Of a stretch of DNA of 62,443 bases, positions 17,356 to 26,881 are shown piece by piece. The stretch is from Nanobdellota archaeon (GTDB taxonomy: Archaea; Nanobdellota; Nanobdellia; JAAOXT01): the NCBI GenBank assembly GCA_018221045.1, contig JAAOXT010000024.1, positions 1-62,443 of the forward strand, in the 5' to 3' direction. The notes beneath the pieces were generated by a model. That model did not search any database and had not been told where the DNA came from. It saw only the letters and a list, made by a program, of their open reading frames with translations. Position numbers and translations under genes: made by a program. The number at the start of each line of letters is the position of its first letter. The first letter of the stretch is position 1.

Positions 17356-18107
17356 TTGAGAAAAAATTCATTGAAAACAAGAAAAGAGACCTCGAAATAC
17401 AAGAATTTCTAGCGTCAGAACTAAACAACGTGGGGTTGAGCAAAATTGACATGCACATAAATCCCATAGGCGTCAAATTAACCATACATTCAGCAATGAG
17501 CGGTCTTGTCGTCGGAAGAAAAGGAGCCAACATCCGTTCACTCCAAGAAAAACTCATCAAAAAATTCAAGTTCGACAACCTTCAAATCGAAATAAAAGAC
17601 GTTCCAGACCCCATCCTAGACGCGCAAGTAGTTGCCGAACAAGTCGCCAACCAGCTTATAAGACAAGGAAAAACGAGATTCAAAGCAATAGGTCACAGAA
17701 CACTGCAAGCCATAATCAATGCAGGGGCAAGAGGAGCCGAAATATTGATATCTGGAAAAGTGCCTGGAAAAAGATCCAAAACCTGGAGGTTTTACAGAGG
17801 ATACCTTCCAAAATGCGGGAACGTATCAGACACTCAAATCGATAAAGGATTCAAAGTAGCCCTGCTTAGACCAGGAATAGTCGGCATTACTGTTCAGATA
17901 CTTCACTCACACGTCAAAATGCCAGACGACGTCATAGTACCAACCCGCGAAGAAGAAACAGAAATTAAAGAAGAAGTCAAAAAAGAACCTCAAAAAGAGG
18001 AAACCGTCAAAAAAGAAGAAAAACCGAAAACAGAACCTAAAAAAGAAAAAGAAGTTAAAAAAGAAAAAACGGTTGGGAAAGAAAAGGTTAAGGAGGCCAA
18101 AAAATAA
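17352..18107 (+). CDS. rps3: 30S ribosomal protein S3 (uS3) with a Lys/Glu-rich tail
   Basis: GLVVGRKGANIRSL KH motif, GAEILISGK, GYLPKCG. Confidence 0.97.
   Translation: MIEKKFIENKKRDLEIQEFLASELNNVGLSKIDMHINPIGVKLTIHSAMSGLVVGRKGANIRSLQEKLIKKFKFDNLQIEIKDVPDPILDAQVVAEQVANQLIRQGKTRFKAIGHRTLQAIINAGARGAEILISGKVPGKRSKTWRFYRGYLPKCGNVSDTQIDKGFKVALLRPGIVGITVQILHSHVKMPDDVIVPTREEETEIKEEVKKEPQKEETVKKEEKPKTEPKKEKEVKKEKTVGKEKVKEAKK
18009..18044 (+). repeat. 36-nt exact direct repeat, copy 2 (in the rps3 tail)
   Basis: Identical to 17176-17211. Confidence 0.9.
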
Positions 18108-18314
18108 ATGGCGGGCCTGAAGAAAAGAGACATTCAAAAAATGACGATAGCAGAACTAGATAAAAAACAAAAAGAAATCGAATTAGAACTACTCAAGATC
18201 AATACAAAAAAAAGCTCTGGAGCACCTCCAGAAAACCCGGGGCAAATCAAACAACTCAGAAAAACCATTGCAAGAATACAAACAAGAAAAAGATTGGAGA
18301 AAAAAACAGCATAA
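18108..18314 (+). CDS. rpl29: 50S ribosomal protein L29 (uL29)
   Basis: ENPGQIKQLRKTIARIQT. Confidence 0.95.
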   Translation: MAGLKKRDIQKMTIAELDKKQKEIELELLKINTKKSSGAPPENPGQIKQLRKTIARIQTRKRLEKKTA

Positions 18315-18626
18315 ATGAACACAACCTGTCCAAAATGCGGATTACCCAAAGAACTATGCATATGCGAAAGCATAAGTAAAGAACAAACAAAAATCAAGGT
18401 TACGACAAAAAGAGGAAAATACAGAAAACTCATGACCATAGTAACTGGCATCAACCCAAAAGAGGTGGATACCAAAAAACTATTAAAATACCTTAAAAAA
18501 GAACTCGCTTGCGGAGGCGCAGAAGACAAACAAGAAAACACGCTCATGATACAAGGAAACCACGTGAACAGGATGAAAAAACTGCTCATAGAATACGGGT
18601 TCCCAGGGGACAGCATAGAAGTATGA
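18315..18626 (+). CDS. sui1: Translation initiation factor aIF1 (SUI1)
   Basis: CPKCGLPKELCIC, LKKELACGG, IQGNH. Confidence 0.95.
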   Translation: MNTTCPKCGLPKELCICESISKEQTKIKVTTKRGKYRKLMTIVTGINPKEVDTKKLLKYLKKELACGGAEDKQENTLMIQGNHVNRMKKLLIEYGFPGDSIEV

Positions 18627-18898
18627 TAACCCCAAAAAACGTGATCAAGCACGAACTAATCGGGCTTAAAGCAATAGTGGAAAAAACCAGCGGGACGATC
18701 ACGGACGAAACAAAAAGCACGATAACGCTCACAAAACAAAACAAAACAAAAAAAAAAATTATAAAAAAAGGAAACACGTTCCGAATAACGCTGCCTGACG
18801 GAAGCATCGTCGAAATCAAAGGCGAACTCCTCCAAGGCAAACCACAGGAAAGAATCAAAAAAAAAATCAAGGTGAAAAACAGATGGCTCGAGATATAG
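18623..18898 (+). CDS. rnp1: Ribonuclease P protein component 1 (Rpp29/POP4)
   Basis: MITPKNVIKHELIGL...GTITDETK...IKGELLQGKPQERIKK. True start ATG 18623 overlaps the sui1 stop. Confidence 0.9.
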   Translation: MITPKNVIKHELIGLKAIVEKTSGTITDETKSTITLTKQNKTKKKIIKKGNTFRITLPDGSIVEIKGELLQGKPQERIKKKIKVKNRWLEI

Positions 18899-19209
18899 GA
18901 ATCCAAGGAATAAAACCACCAAAAGACAAGTGTACTGACAAGAAGTGCCCTTTTCACGGGAACCTCAAGGTCAGGGGAAGAACCTTCCAAGGCACTGTAG
19001 CGTCGACAAAAATGAATAAAAGCGCAGTAATAACTTGGAGCAGAGTGGTTAAGATCCCCAAATACGAAAGATACATGAGAAAAAAGACAAGGGTGACCGC
19101 CCACGTCTCTCCATGCATGCAAATAAAAGAAGGAGATAAGGTTCTGATAGGTGAAACCAGACCCATATCCAAAACCAAAAAATTCGTGGTCCTGCAAAAA
19201 CAAGAATAA
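18883..19209 (+). CDS. rps17: 30S ribosomal protein S17 (uS17)
   Basis: CTDKKCPFHGNL, ETRPISKTKKFVV. Confidence 0.97.
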   Translation: MARDIGIQGIKPPKDKCTDKKCPFHGNLKVRGRTFQGTVASTKMNKSAVITWSRVVKIPKYERYMRKKTRVTAHVSPCMQIKEGDKVLIGETRPISKTKKFVVLQKQE

Positions 19210-19217
19210 AAAAAAAT

Positions 19218-19625
19218 ATGAAACCCGTTAACGCAAAAATAACCAAACCACTTCCCATCGGCGCAAGATTAATCGTAGCTGACAACAGCGGCGCCAAAAT
19301 AGTAGAGATAATAGGCGTGAAAAAAGGTGGCGGGCAAGTCAAAGGCAGACTCGCGTCAGCAGGCGTCGGAGACATTATAATCGTGGCAGTAAAAAAAGGC
19401 AGGCCAGAATTCAAAAAAAAAAGGTTACCAATGGTAATAATCAGACAAAAAAAAGAGTTCAGAAGACCTGACGGGACCAGAGTCAAATTCGAAGACAACG
19501 CGTGCGTAATGATGAAAGACCTTAAACACGGAGAACCGCAAGGAAGCGTGGTTAAAGGAGCCATGGCAAAAGAAGCGGCCAAGAGATTCCCAAAAGTAGG
19601 AAAAATAGCGAGGATAGTACTATGA
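19218..19625 (+). CDS. rpl14: 50S ribosomal protein L14 (uL14)
   Basis: ADNSGAK, RRPDGTRVKFEDNA. Confidence 0.97.
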   Translation: MKPVNAKITKPLPIGARLIVADNSGAKIVEIIGVKKGGGQVKGRLASAGVGDIIIVAVKKGRPEFKKKRLPMVIIRQKKEFRRPDGTRVKFEDNACVMMKDLKHGEPQGSVVKGAMAKEAAKRFPKVGKIARIVL

Positions 19626-20002
19626 ATTGGAACAAAAACTGGAAAAAATCTGGTAAGCCGACCAAAAAAAGGAAATACGCACGCAACGCGCCAGAACACG
19701 TGACAAGAAAACTAATGAGCGCACACTTATCCAAACCCCTCGCCCAAAAACACGGAACCAGAAGCTTCCCGCCGCGAAAAGGAGATAAAATCAAAATAAT
19801 GATAGGGGACTTCAAAGGAACCACAGGAAAAATCGAGAAAGTACTTTACAAAAAAAGAAAAGTGCTAATCGACAAAATAAAAATAAGCAAGAAAGACGGC
19901 ACCAAAACCTCCCGGCCAATAGACCCGTCAAACCTGATGATAATAGAACTTAACCTCGAAGACAAAAAACGCTCACGAGCAATTGAAAGGAGAAAAAAAT
20001 AA
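19622..20002 (+). CDS. rpl24: 50S ribosomal protein L24 (uL24)
   Basis: SGKPTKKRK..NAPEH, RKGDKIKIMIGDFKG, IDPSNLMI. Confidence 0.96.
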   Translation: MNWNKNWKKSGKPTKKRKYARNAPEHVTRKLMSAHLSKPLAQKHGTRSFPPRKGDKIKIMIGDFKGTTGKIEKVLYKKRKVLIDKIKISKKDGTKTSRPIDPSNLMIIELNLEDKKRSRAIERRKK

Positions 20003-20003
20003 C

Positions 20004-20702
20004 ATGGCACATTTGAAAGCGCTGGTAGCGCCAAAACAATGGAAAATACTTAGAAAAAAAAACAAATGGGTGGCCAGGCCGAAACCAGGCCCTCACAATA
20101 AACAAGCAATCCCTCTAACACTAGTACTAAAAAACTTGCTTGGAGTAGCCGAAAACAAAAGAGAATCAAGATACATACTTCAAAAAAAAGACGTGCTGGT
20201 TGACGGAAAAATCGTCAAAGACGCTAACCGAGCCATAGGCTTAATGGACGTCATAACCTTACAAAAACAAAAAAAGGATTACAGGATGACCCTGGATAAT
20301 AAAGGCAGACACCTGCTAATAGAAATAAGCAAAACAGAAGCAGACCAAAAAATTTGCAGGGCAACCAGAAAAGTCAAAATCAAAAAAGGACAAACCCAAA
20401 TAACTTTCCACGACGGCAAAGTAATGATAACCAAAGAAAAAATTGATGTCGGGGACTCCGCCCTGATCCAACTATCAAAAAACAAGATGACTAAGGTGCT
20501 GAAGAACACCAAAGGCGCTGCAGTACTCGTAATCGGTGGAAACCACGTTGGAGAACAAGCAACCATAGAAAACTATCAATCATTCAAAGGAGTTCAACCC
20601 GACAAAATAGAGCTCAAAACCATTAAAGGCAAGACGTACGCAACCCTGGAAAACTACGTGCTAGTACTTGGCGAAAAGAAATCCGCGATTAAAATACAAT
20701 GA
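20004..20702 (+). CDS. rps4e: 30S ribosomal protein S4e (eS4)
   Basis: MAHLKALVAPKQW...PKPGPH, IGLMDVI; start ATG 20004. Confidence 0.95.
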   Translation: MAHLKALVAPKQWKILRKKNKWVARPKPGPHNKQAIPLTLVLKNLLGVAENKRESRYILQKKDVLVDGKIVKDANRAIGLMDVITLQKQKKDYRMTLDNKGRHLLIEISKTEADQKICRATRKVKIKKGQTQITFHDGKVMITKEKIDVGDSALIQLSKNKMTKVLKNTKGAAVLVIGGNHVGEQATIENYQSFKGVQPDKIELKTIKGKTYATLENYVLVLGEKKSAIKIQ

Positions 20703-21202
20703 ACAAGATGAACACAGTAAAACTTGACAAGATAACCCTAAACATAGGGGTAGGGGAAGCTGGAGAAAAGCTGGAAAAACGGATGAAAATACTAGAAGAA
20801 CTCAGCGGAACCAAAGTAATAAAAACAAAAGCGAAAAAAAGAATTCCCACGTGGAACGTCAGACCAGGCATGGAAATAGGGGCAAAAGTCACGCTAAGAG
20901 GAAAAAACGCGGAAAAAACGCTTAAAATACTGCTAAAAGCAGTTGACAACACGCTAAAACCAAAAAACTTTGATAAACAAGGAAACTTCAGCTTCGGGAT
21001 AAAAGAATACATTGACGTCAAAGAAATTCAATACAACCCGAAACTAGGAATATTCGGTTTCGATGTCGCGGTAACCCTAAAAAAACCGGGCTACAGGGTG
21101 GCGCAAAGAAAAATCAAGAAATCCAAAATCGGAAAAAAACAACTCGTCACCAAAGAAGAAGCCCAAGAATTCATAAAAAAGATGGGGGTGACAGTTGAAT
21201 GA
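20699..21202 (+). CDS. rpl5: 50S ribosomal protein L5 (uL5)
   Basis: [32 protein letters not shown]. Confidence 0.97.
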   Translation: MNKMNTVKLDKITLNIGVGEAGEKLEKRMKILEELSGTKVIKTKAKKRIPTWNVRPGMEIGAKVTLRGKNAEKTLKILLKAVDNTLKPKNFDKQGNFSFGIKEYIDVKEIQYNPKLGIFGFDVAVTLKKPGYRVAQRKIKKSKIGKKQLVTKEEAQEFIKKMGVTVE

Positions 21203-21438
21203 CTGCCAAAGATTATAGAAAAGCATTAAAACAATTGAAGAACAAACCCGCCAGCCTAAAAAAATTCCTAAAATTTAACAAGCCTAAAAAAAGAAAATTC
21301 GGAAAAAACCTGAAAAAATGCACGCGCTGCGGTAGGAGAGGCGGGCACATATCCAAGTACGGGCTGCACGTTTGTAGACAGTGCTTCAAAGAAATAGCTC
21401 CAAAACTAGGGTTTAAAAAATACGGACACGAGGTATAA
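21199..21438 (+). CDS. rps14: 30S ribosomal protein S14 (uS14, Zn-binding) with an N-terminal extension
   Basis: CTRCG...[10 protein letters not shown]. Confidence 0.96.
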   Translation: MTAKDYRKALKQLKNKPASLKKFLKFNKPKKRKFGKNLKKCTRCGRRGGHISKYGLHVCRQCFKEIAPKLGFKKYGHEV

Positions 21439-21445
21439 AAAAAAA

Positions 21446-21835
21446 ATGAGTGTAGACACAATATCCGACGCATTATCAACGATAAACAACGCGTCAAAAG
21501 TGGGAAAAAAAGAGTGCACGATAAAGCCAGTTTCAAAACTAATCAAAAACGTTCTCCACCTCATGAAAGAACACAATTACATAGGAGAATTCGAGATAAT
21601 CGATAACGGCAGAGGAGGAGTGATAAAACTGCAACTAATAGGAAAAATAAACAAGTGCGGGTCCATCAAACCCAGATTCCCAATCAACAAAAAAGACTTC
21701 GAAAAATACGAGAAAAGATACCTTCCCGCAAAAGGATTCGGGTACCTAATGCTCACAACATCAAAGGGAATCATGACGCAAGAAGAAGCCAGACAAAAAA
21801 AAGTTGGAGGCGCGCTAGTAGCGTACATATATTAA
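21446..21835 (+). CDS. rps8: 30S ribosomal protein S8 (uS8)
   Basis: INKCGSIKPRF, RYLPAKGFG, TTSKGIMT. Confidence 0.97.
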   Translation: MSVDTISDALSTINNASKVGKKECTIKPVSKLIKNVLHLMKEHNYIGEFEIIDNGRGGVIKLQLIGKINKCGSIKPRFPINKKDFEKYEKRYLPAKGFGYLMLTTSKGIMTQEEARQKKVGGALVAYIY

Positions 21836-21842
21836 AAAAAAA

Positions 21843-22373
21843 ATGATTGAAACAATTGAGTTAAAAGAAGGAGTCACCGCGACAATAGAAGACAAAACCC
21901 TAAAAATAAACGGGTTAAAAGGCCAAACAAAAAGAGAATTCTCTTACCCGGGCCTAAAAATATTTCTAAAAAACAACGCTGTAATCGTGGAAACAGAAAA
22001 AGACCAAAAAAAAATGAAAAAAATGATCAAGACTTGGGCGGCCCACATCAAAAACATGATTCGAGGAGCCGAACAAGGATTCACTTACAAACTCAAAATC
22101 GCTTCATCACACTTCCCTATGTCCGCGAACGTAAAGGATGGACAAGTCATAATCAAAAACTTCATCGGCGAAAAAAAAGACAGGAAAGCCAGAATAGTTG
22201 AAGGCGCCGAAGTCCGAGTCGAGGGAGGACACATAATCGTTGAAAGCCCTGACAGAGAGAAAGCAGGGCAGACCGCGGCAAACATAGAAAAAGCGACCAG
22301 GATAAGGGGTAAAGACAGACGAGTTTTCATGGACGGAATATACATAACACAGAAACCCGGGAGGCAATTATGA
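21843..22373 (+). CDS. rpl6: 50S ribosomal protein L6 (uL6)
   Basis: HFPM, NFIGEK, GQTAANIE, DRRVFMDGIYI. Confidence 0.97.
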   Translation: MIETIELKEGVTATIEDKTLKINGLKGQTKREFSYPGLKIFLKNNAVIVETEKDQKKMKKMIKTWAAHIKNMIRGAEQGFTYKLKIASSHFPMSANVKDGQVIIKNFIGEKKDRKARIVEGAEVRVEGGHIIVESPDREKAGQTAANIEKATRIRGKDRRVFMDGIYITQKPGRQL

Positions 22374-22873
22374 ACCCGAGAAAAAAGCCAAGATTCATGA
22401 GAGAAGAAGCGTTCAAAAGAAAAAAGGTCAGCAAGAACTGGCGCAAACCAAGAGGATGGGCTTCTAAACTCAGAAGAAAAGAAAAACAAAAACCCAAACA
22501 CCCAAACCCCGGATTTGGAGCGCCAAAAAAGACCAGAGGACTGCACCCCTCAGAACACATGGAAAACCTGGTCAAAAGAATAAAAGATGTTGGCGAACTG
22601 AAAACAGTGAAAATAGGAAAAGTGGGAGCGAAAAAGAAAAGAGAAATCGTTCAACACTGCGTAAAAAACAAGATAAAAATACTCAACGTCAGGAACCCCA
22701 AAAAATACTTGGAAAAAACTGTCAAAATCAAAAAAGCGCGCAAGAAAAAAGAACTCGCAAAAGAGAAACCTAAAAAGAAAGAGGAGAAAAAAGAAGAAAC
22801 CGTGAAAAAAATAGGTGAAGAAAAGAAAGCGCCGACCAAAAAAACTGTTAAAGGAACTTTGAAAAAGAAATGA
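22370..22873 (+). CDS. rpl32e: 50S ribosomal protein L32e with a Lys-rich tail
   Basis: WRKPRGWASKLRR, PGFGAP, RGLHPS. Confidence 0.95.
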   Translation: MNPRKKPRFMREEAFKRKKVSKNWRKPRGWASKLRRKEKQKPKHPNPGFGAPKKTRGLHPSEHMENLVKRIKDVGELKTVKIGKVGAKKKREIVQHCVKNKIKILNVRNPKKYLEKTVKIKKARKKKELAKEKPKKKEEKKEETVKKIGEEKKAPTKKTVKGTLKKK

Positions 22874-23325
22874 AAAGATTAGACTTGCAACGAAGGATGG
22901 CGGCACAAATACTCAAAGTTGGTGAGAACAAGGTTTGGATGGATCCTGAAAAACTGCCAGAAATAAAAGAAGGCATAACCAAAGCAGACATTCGCGTTTA
23001 CATACAAAAAAAGTGGATTAAAAAGAAAAAAATTGTTGGTCAAAGCAGGGGCAGAACCAGAGAAACCCAAAAAAAGAAAAAAAAAGGCAGAAGAACAGGG
23101 GTTGGGACAAGAAAAGGAGCTAAAAAAGCCAGAACCCCCAAAAAAAAGGCCTGGATGAACAAGATAAGGATTCAAAGAAGATTCCTGAAAAAACTCAAAG
23201 AAATTGAGCTGCTCAACACAAAAAATTACAGGGAATTATACTTAAAAGCCAAAGCAGGTTTCTTCAGGAATAAAGCTCACTTAAAACTTTACGCTAAAAA
23301 ATTCATTACAAAGGAGAAAAAGTAA
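22870..23325 (+). CDS. rpl19e: 50S ribosomal protein L19e
   Basis: QRRMAAQILKVG, GRRTGVGTRKG, WMNKIRIQR. Confidence 0.97.
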   Translation: MKRLDLQRRMAAQILKVGENKVWMDPEKLPEIKEGITKADIRVYIQKKWIKKKKIVGQSRGRTRETQKKKKKGRRTGVGTRKGAKKARTPKKKAWMNKIRIQRRFLKKLKEIELLNTKNYRELYLKAKAGFFRNKAHLKLYAKKFITKEKK

Positions 23326-23335
23326 GTAAAAAAAA

Positions 23336-23860
23336 ATGGCAATAAACAAGGTTTACGTGACTAAATACAAGAGAAGAAAGCAAAACGTGACTGACTACGG
23401 TAAACGCCTAAAAATGCTTAAATCAAGAAAGTCGCGCCTAGTCATAAGAAAAAGTCTTACCAAAATCCGACTTCAAATAGTTAATTACGAAAAAGAAGGA
23501 GACAAAACAGTGTTAGGAATGGATTCATCAGCACTAAAAAAACTTGGTTGGAAGCACTCCTTAAAAAACGTTCCCGCCGCGTACCTCGCAGGACTATTAT
23601 TCGGCAAAAAAATGATTGAAAAAAAATTGGACAACACGATACTTGACATGGGACTCCAATCAAAAACTAAAGGCTCAAAAATATTTGCGGCACTCAAAGG
23701 AGTTATTGACGCGGGAATCAACGTACCAGCCAAAGAAAAACTCTTCCCATCAGAAGACAGGGCATCAGGGAAACATTTAAAAGAAAATATTCAAAAAGAC
23801 TTTGAAAAAATCAAATCAAAAATTATAGGTGAAAAAAGCGGTGGAAAAAACAAGAAGTAG
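23336..23860 (+). CDS. rpl18: 50S ribosomal protein L18 (uL18)
   Basis: TDYGKRLKML, NVPAAYLAG, ILDMGL. Confidence 0.96.
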   Translation: MAINKVYVTKYKRRKQNVTDYGKRLKMLKSRKSRLVIRKSLTKIRLQIVNYEKEGDKTVLGMDSSALKKLGWKHSLKNVPAAYLAGLLFGKKMIEKKLDNTILDMGLQSKTKGSKIFAALKGVIDAGINVPAKEKLFPSEDRASGKHLKENIQKDFEKIKSKIIGEKSGGKNKK

Positions 23861-24659
23861 ATATCCTCCCAGACGAGGCTCTCCGAGAAGAGGAAGTCCT
23901 CAAAGAGGAAAAAATAAACGTTTTAGGCGAGAAATCCGAAGATTAACTCCTGAAGAACGAAGACAGAAAGTAATGGATACCTGGATTCCTAAAACAACCC
24001 TAGGCAAAGCAGTCAAGGAAGGCAGGATAACTCACATAGACCAAATAATTGATTCAGGAAAACCTATAAGCGAAGCCGAAATCGTCGACCTTTTAGTGCC
24101 AAGATTAGAACAAGACCTAATACTCTTAGGACAAAGAAAAGGAAAGTTCGGCGGCGGAAAAAGAAACAGGTTCCGAACCACCCAAAAAAAAACGGAAGAC
24201 GGCAGCACACTATCATTTTCGGCCCTCGCAGTGGTCGGAGACTACAACGGGCACGTGGGCATAGGATTCGGAAAAGCTAGAGAAACAGTGCCTGCCAGAG
24301 AAAAAGCGACAAAAAACGCTAAAAAAAATCTTATAAAAATCGTCAGGGGATGCGGTTCATGGGAATGCGGTTGCGCAGAACCCCATACACTGCCTTTCAC
24401 CATAACCGGCAAGTGCAGTTCAGCAGTAGTGGAGCTCAAACCAGCCCCAAAAGGAATTGGTTTGAACACGAACGACGAAGTCAAAAAAGTACTTGGTTTC
24501 GCAGGACTCAAAGACGTTTGGGGAAGCGTTAGAGGACAATCCAGCACTCGATTAAACCTTATCAAAGCAACGTTTCAAGCCCTGAAAAAACTGAGCAAAG
24601 TTAAAATACAAAAAAAATACGTCAAAGAAGCAGGCGTGACGTGGGGCGAAACCAAATGA
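23829..24659 (+). CDS. rps5: 30S ribosomal protein S5 (uS5) with an Arg/Gly/Ser/Pro-rich N-extension
   Basis: WIPKTTLG, GCGSWECGC, PAPKGIGL; exact start uncertain (GTG 23829 or 23841). Confidence 0.95.
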   Translation: MKKAVEKTRSRYPPRRGSPRRGSPQRGKNKRFRREIRRLTPEERRQKVMDTWIPKTTLGKAVKEGRITHIDQIIDSGKPISEAEIVDLLVPRLEQDLILLGQRKGKFGGGKRNRFRTTQKKTEDGSTLSFSALAVVGDYNGHVGIGFGKARETVPAREKATKNAKKNLIKIVRGCGSWECGCAEPHTLPFTITGKCSSAVVELKPAPKGIGLNTNDEVKKVLGFAGLKDVWGSVRGQSSTRLNLIKATFQALKKLSKVKIQKKYVKEAGVTWGETK

Positions 24660-25069
24660 AAAACGTCGCGGTAATAAGGGTTCGAGGACTCTTAGACGTT
24701 AACCCAAAAGCCAGAAAAGCCATGGAACTACTTGGTTTAACCAAAAAACACGCTTGCAGGATCATGCATTGGAACGAACACACTAAAGGACAAATCCACA
24801 GGATAAAAGACTTCGTGGCGTGGGGAGAAATCAACGAAACAATCCTGACAAAAATGATTGAAAAAAAAGAGTTAAAGGACTCTGCAGGATTTGCAAAACA
24901 ATTCTTATCACACAAAAAAAGTTTTAAAGACGTTGGCGAAAAACCAGTCTTCAACCTTCACCCCCCAAGAGGAGGTTTCCCGAGAAAAGGGATAAGACAA
25001 CCCGCGACGCGGGGCGGAGCTTTAGGATTCCACAAAAACATTAACGAATTACTGGAGAAAATGCTGTAA
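24656..25069 (+). CDS. rpl30: 50S ribosomal protein L30 (uL30)
   Basis: VAVIRVRG, FNLHPPRGG; ATG 24656 overlaps the rps5 stop. Confidence 0.93.
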   Translation: MKNVAVIRVRGLLDVNPKARKAMELLGLTKKHACRIMHWNEHTKGQIHRIKDFVAWGEINETILTKMIEKKELKDSAGFAKQFLSHKKSFKDVGEKPVFNLHPPRGGFPRKGIRQPATRGGALGFHKNINELLEKML

Positions 25070-25072
25070 AAA

Positions 25073-25471
25073 ATGGTTGTTAACAAGACAAGCAAAGCGC
25101 ACAAAAGAAAAGGTTGCTGGAGGAGAAGCGGTTACAGGACAAGAGGGGCTGGAAACCGTGGAGGAAGAGGAAAAGCTGGATGGGGTAAAAGAAGAAGCCA
25201 TCGAAGACAAATGTTCCTAAAACAAGGTCTGAAACCAGGTAAAAGAGGTTTCGTCTCAGTGAAACCGAAAACCAACAGCGTAAACATCGGAAGTTTATTG
25301 AAGTTAGTGGAAAGCGAAAAAATAAACGCTTCTAAACTAGGATTCCAAAAAGTGCTGGGCAAAGGAGTGGTTAACAGAAAAATAAATCTGACTGCTCGAG
25401 CCGTCACTGAAACAGCTAAACAAAAAATAATAAAAGCTGGCGGCACTGTAAAAACAGAACAAGAGAATTAA
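25073..25471 (+). CDS. rpl15: 50S ribosomal protein L15 (uL15)
   Basis: RGAGNRGGRGKAG, KVLGKG, AKQKIIKAGG. Confidence 0.96.
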   Translation: MVVNKTSKAHKRKGCWRRSGYRTRGAGNRGGRGKAGWGKRRSHRRQMFLKQGLKPGKRGFVSVKPKTNSVNIGSLLKLVESEKINASKLGFQKVLGKGVVNRKINLTARAVTETAKQKIIKAGGTVKTEQEN

Positions 25472-25481
25472 AGAAACCAAA

Positions 25482-26870
25482 ATGGGTTATAAAGACATAC
25501 TCTACAACCTGCCGGAAGTAACTTCACCAAAAAGAAAACTTGATTTCATGGAAAAACTCAAGTGGACGGGTGTAATACTAGTATTATACTATCTATTATC
25601 TTTAATACCCCTATACGGGTTGGACCCGACATACCAAGCTAAGTTCGAGTCAATAAGCGTTCTTCTGGCAGCACAGTTCGGCTCAATCATTTCACTGGGA
25701 ATAGGGCCAATAGTGACTGCGAGCATCATACTACAACTATTGATGGGAGCGGACATAATCAAGATTGATACCAACACCACGGAAGGGAAAAAACTTTACC
25801 AAGGCGTGCAAAAAATGATGTCCATCGTGTTCATAGTTTTCGAAAACGCTATTTACGCGGTCAGCGGGGCACTGCCACCAGCAACTTTCACAGGGGTTAA
25901 CATGTTAATAATGGTTCTACAACTAGTCATAGGCGGACTGCTACTCCTGTTCTTAGACGAAGTCGTGTCAAAATGGGGCATAGGTTCGGGAATCTCTTTA
26001 TTCATTGCCGCGGGAGTTAGCAGGCAAATATTTGTGAGCGCGCTCAACCCTCTGCCGTCCCCTGTCAACCCTTCACTACCCATAGGACTGGTACCACAAG
26101 TATTCGCTCTGGTCTTGCAAGGATTGCCCCAAAACGCGATGTGGCCTATAATCACGCTGGCCGCAACAGTAATAGTTTTCGTTATAGCAGTGTACATGCA
26201 AGCCATTCGCGTAGAAATACCGTTGACGTTTGGCAGGGTTAGGGGTTATAGCATGAGGTGGCCTCTAAGCTTTGTTTACACGAGCAACATCCCGGTAATC
26301 CTCGTGGCAGCCATGATCGCCAGCATGCAGTTCTGGGGTTTATCCCTGTACCACATGGGCATCCCCGTTTTAGGGACTTTTGAAAAAACAAACGTTGGAG
26401 GAGGCGTTCAAGAAGTGCCCACAAGCGGTTTAGTCAAATACCTTAACCCCCCAACCATCCGTCAAATAGTGCTCACTGGCTGGACTCAAGATTATGCTTT
26501 ATCAATACTTGTTTACGCCACGTTCATGATAATTGGTTCAGGACTGTTCTCTTACTTATGGATTAACGTTGGAGGGCAGGACGCGGGAAGCGTGGCGGAC
26601 CAGATAATGAGTAGCAACCTGTTCATACCCGGTTTTCGCAGGGACAAAAGAATTATTGAAAGAATGCTGAACCGTTACATCGTGCCGTTAAGCATTATGG
26701 GAGGGGTGAGTGTTGGCGCGATCGCGGTCATTGCAGACCTGTTCGGCGCTTTATCCAGGGGTACGGGTATACTATTGACAGTTATGATTTTATATCAGTT
26801 CTACCAAATCATTGAGAGAGATCATGGCAAAGACTTGCCGCCTCTCGTGAGAAGAATATTCAAAAAATAA
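25482..26870 (+). CDS. secY: Preprotein translocase subunit SecY
   Basis: LGIGPIVTASIILQLL, WGIGSGISLFIA, YTSNIP, IPGFRRD, GTGILL. Confidence 0.98.
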   Translation: MGYKDILYNLPEVTSPKRKLDFMEKLKWTGVILVLYYLLSLIPLYGLDPTYQAKFESISVLLAAQFGSIISLGIGPIVTASIILQLLMGADIIKIDTNTTEGKKLYQGVQKMMSIVFIVFENAIYAVSGALPPATFTGVNMLIMVLQLVIGGLLLLFLDEVVSKWGIGSGISLFIAAGVSRQIFVSALNPLPSPVNPSLPIGLVPQVFALVLQGLPQNAMWPIITLAATVIVFVIAVYMQAIRVEIPLTFGRVRGYSMRWPLSFVYTSNIPVILVAAMIASMQFWGLSLYHMGIPVLGTFEKTNVGGGVQEVPTSGLVKYLNPPTIRQIVLTGWTQDYALSILVYATFMIIGSGLFSYLWINVGGQDAGSVADQIMSSNLFIPGFRRDKRIIERMLNRYIVPLSIMGGVSVGAIAVIADLFGALSRGTGILLTVMILYQFYQIIERDHGKDLPPLVRRIFKK

Positions 26871-26881
26871 AGAAAAAAAAA

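Noticed and set aside
18586-19699. Long antisense ORFs over r-protein genes (18586..19203, 19049..19699; also 51783..52505 and many Phe-rich minus ORFs)
   Set aside because: Shadow frames produced by Lys-rich, A-biased coding on the opposite strand; no motifs.
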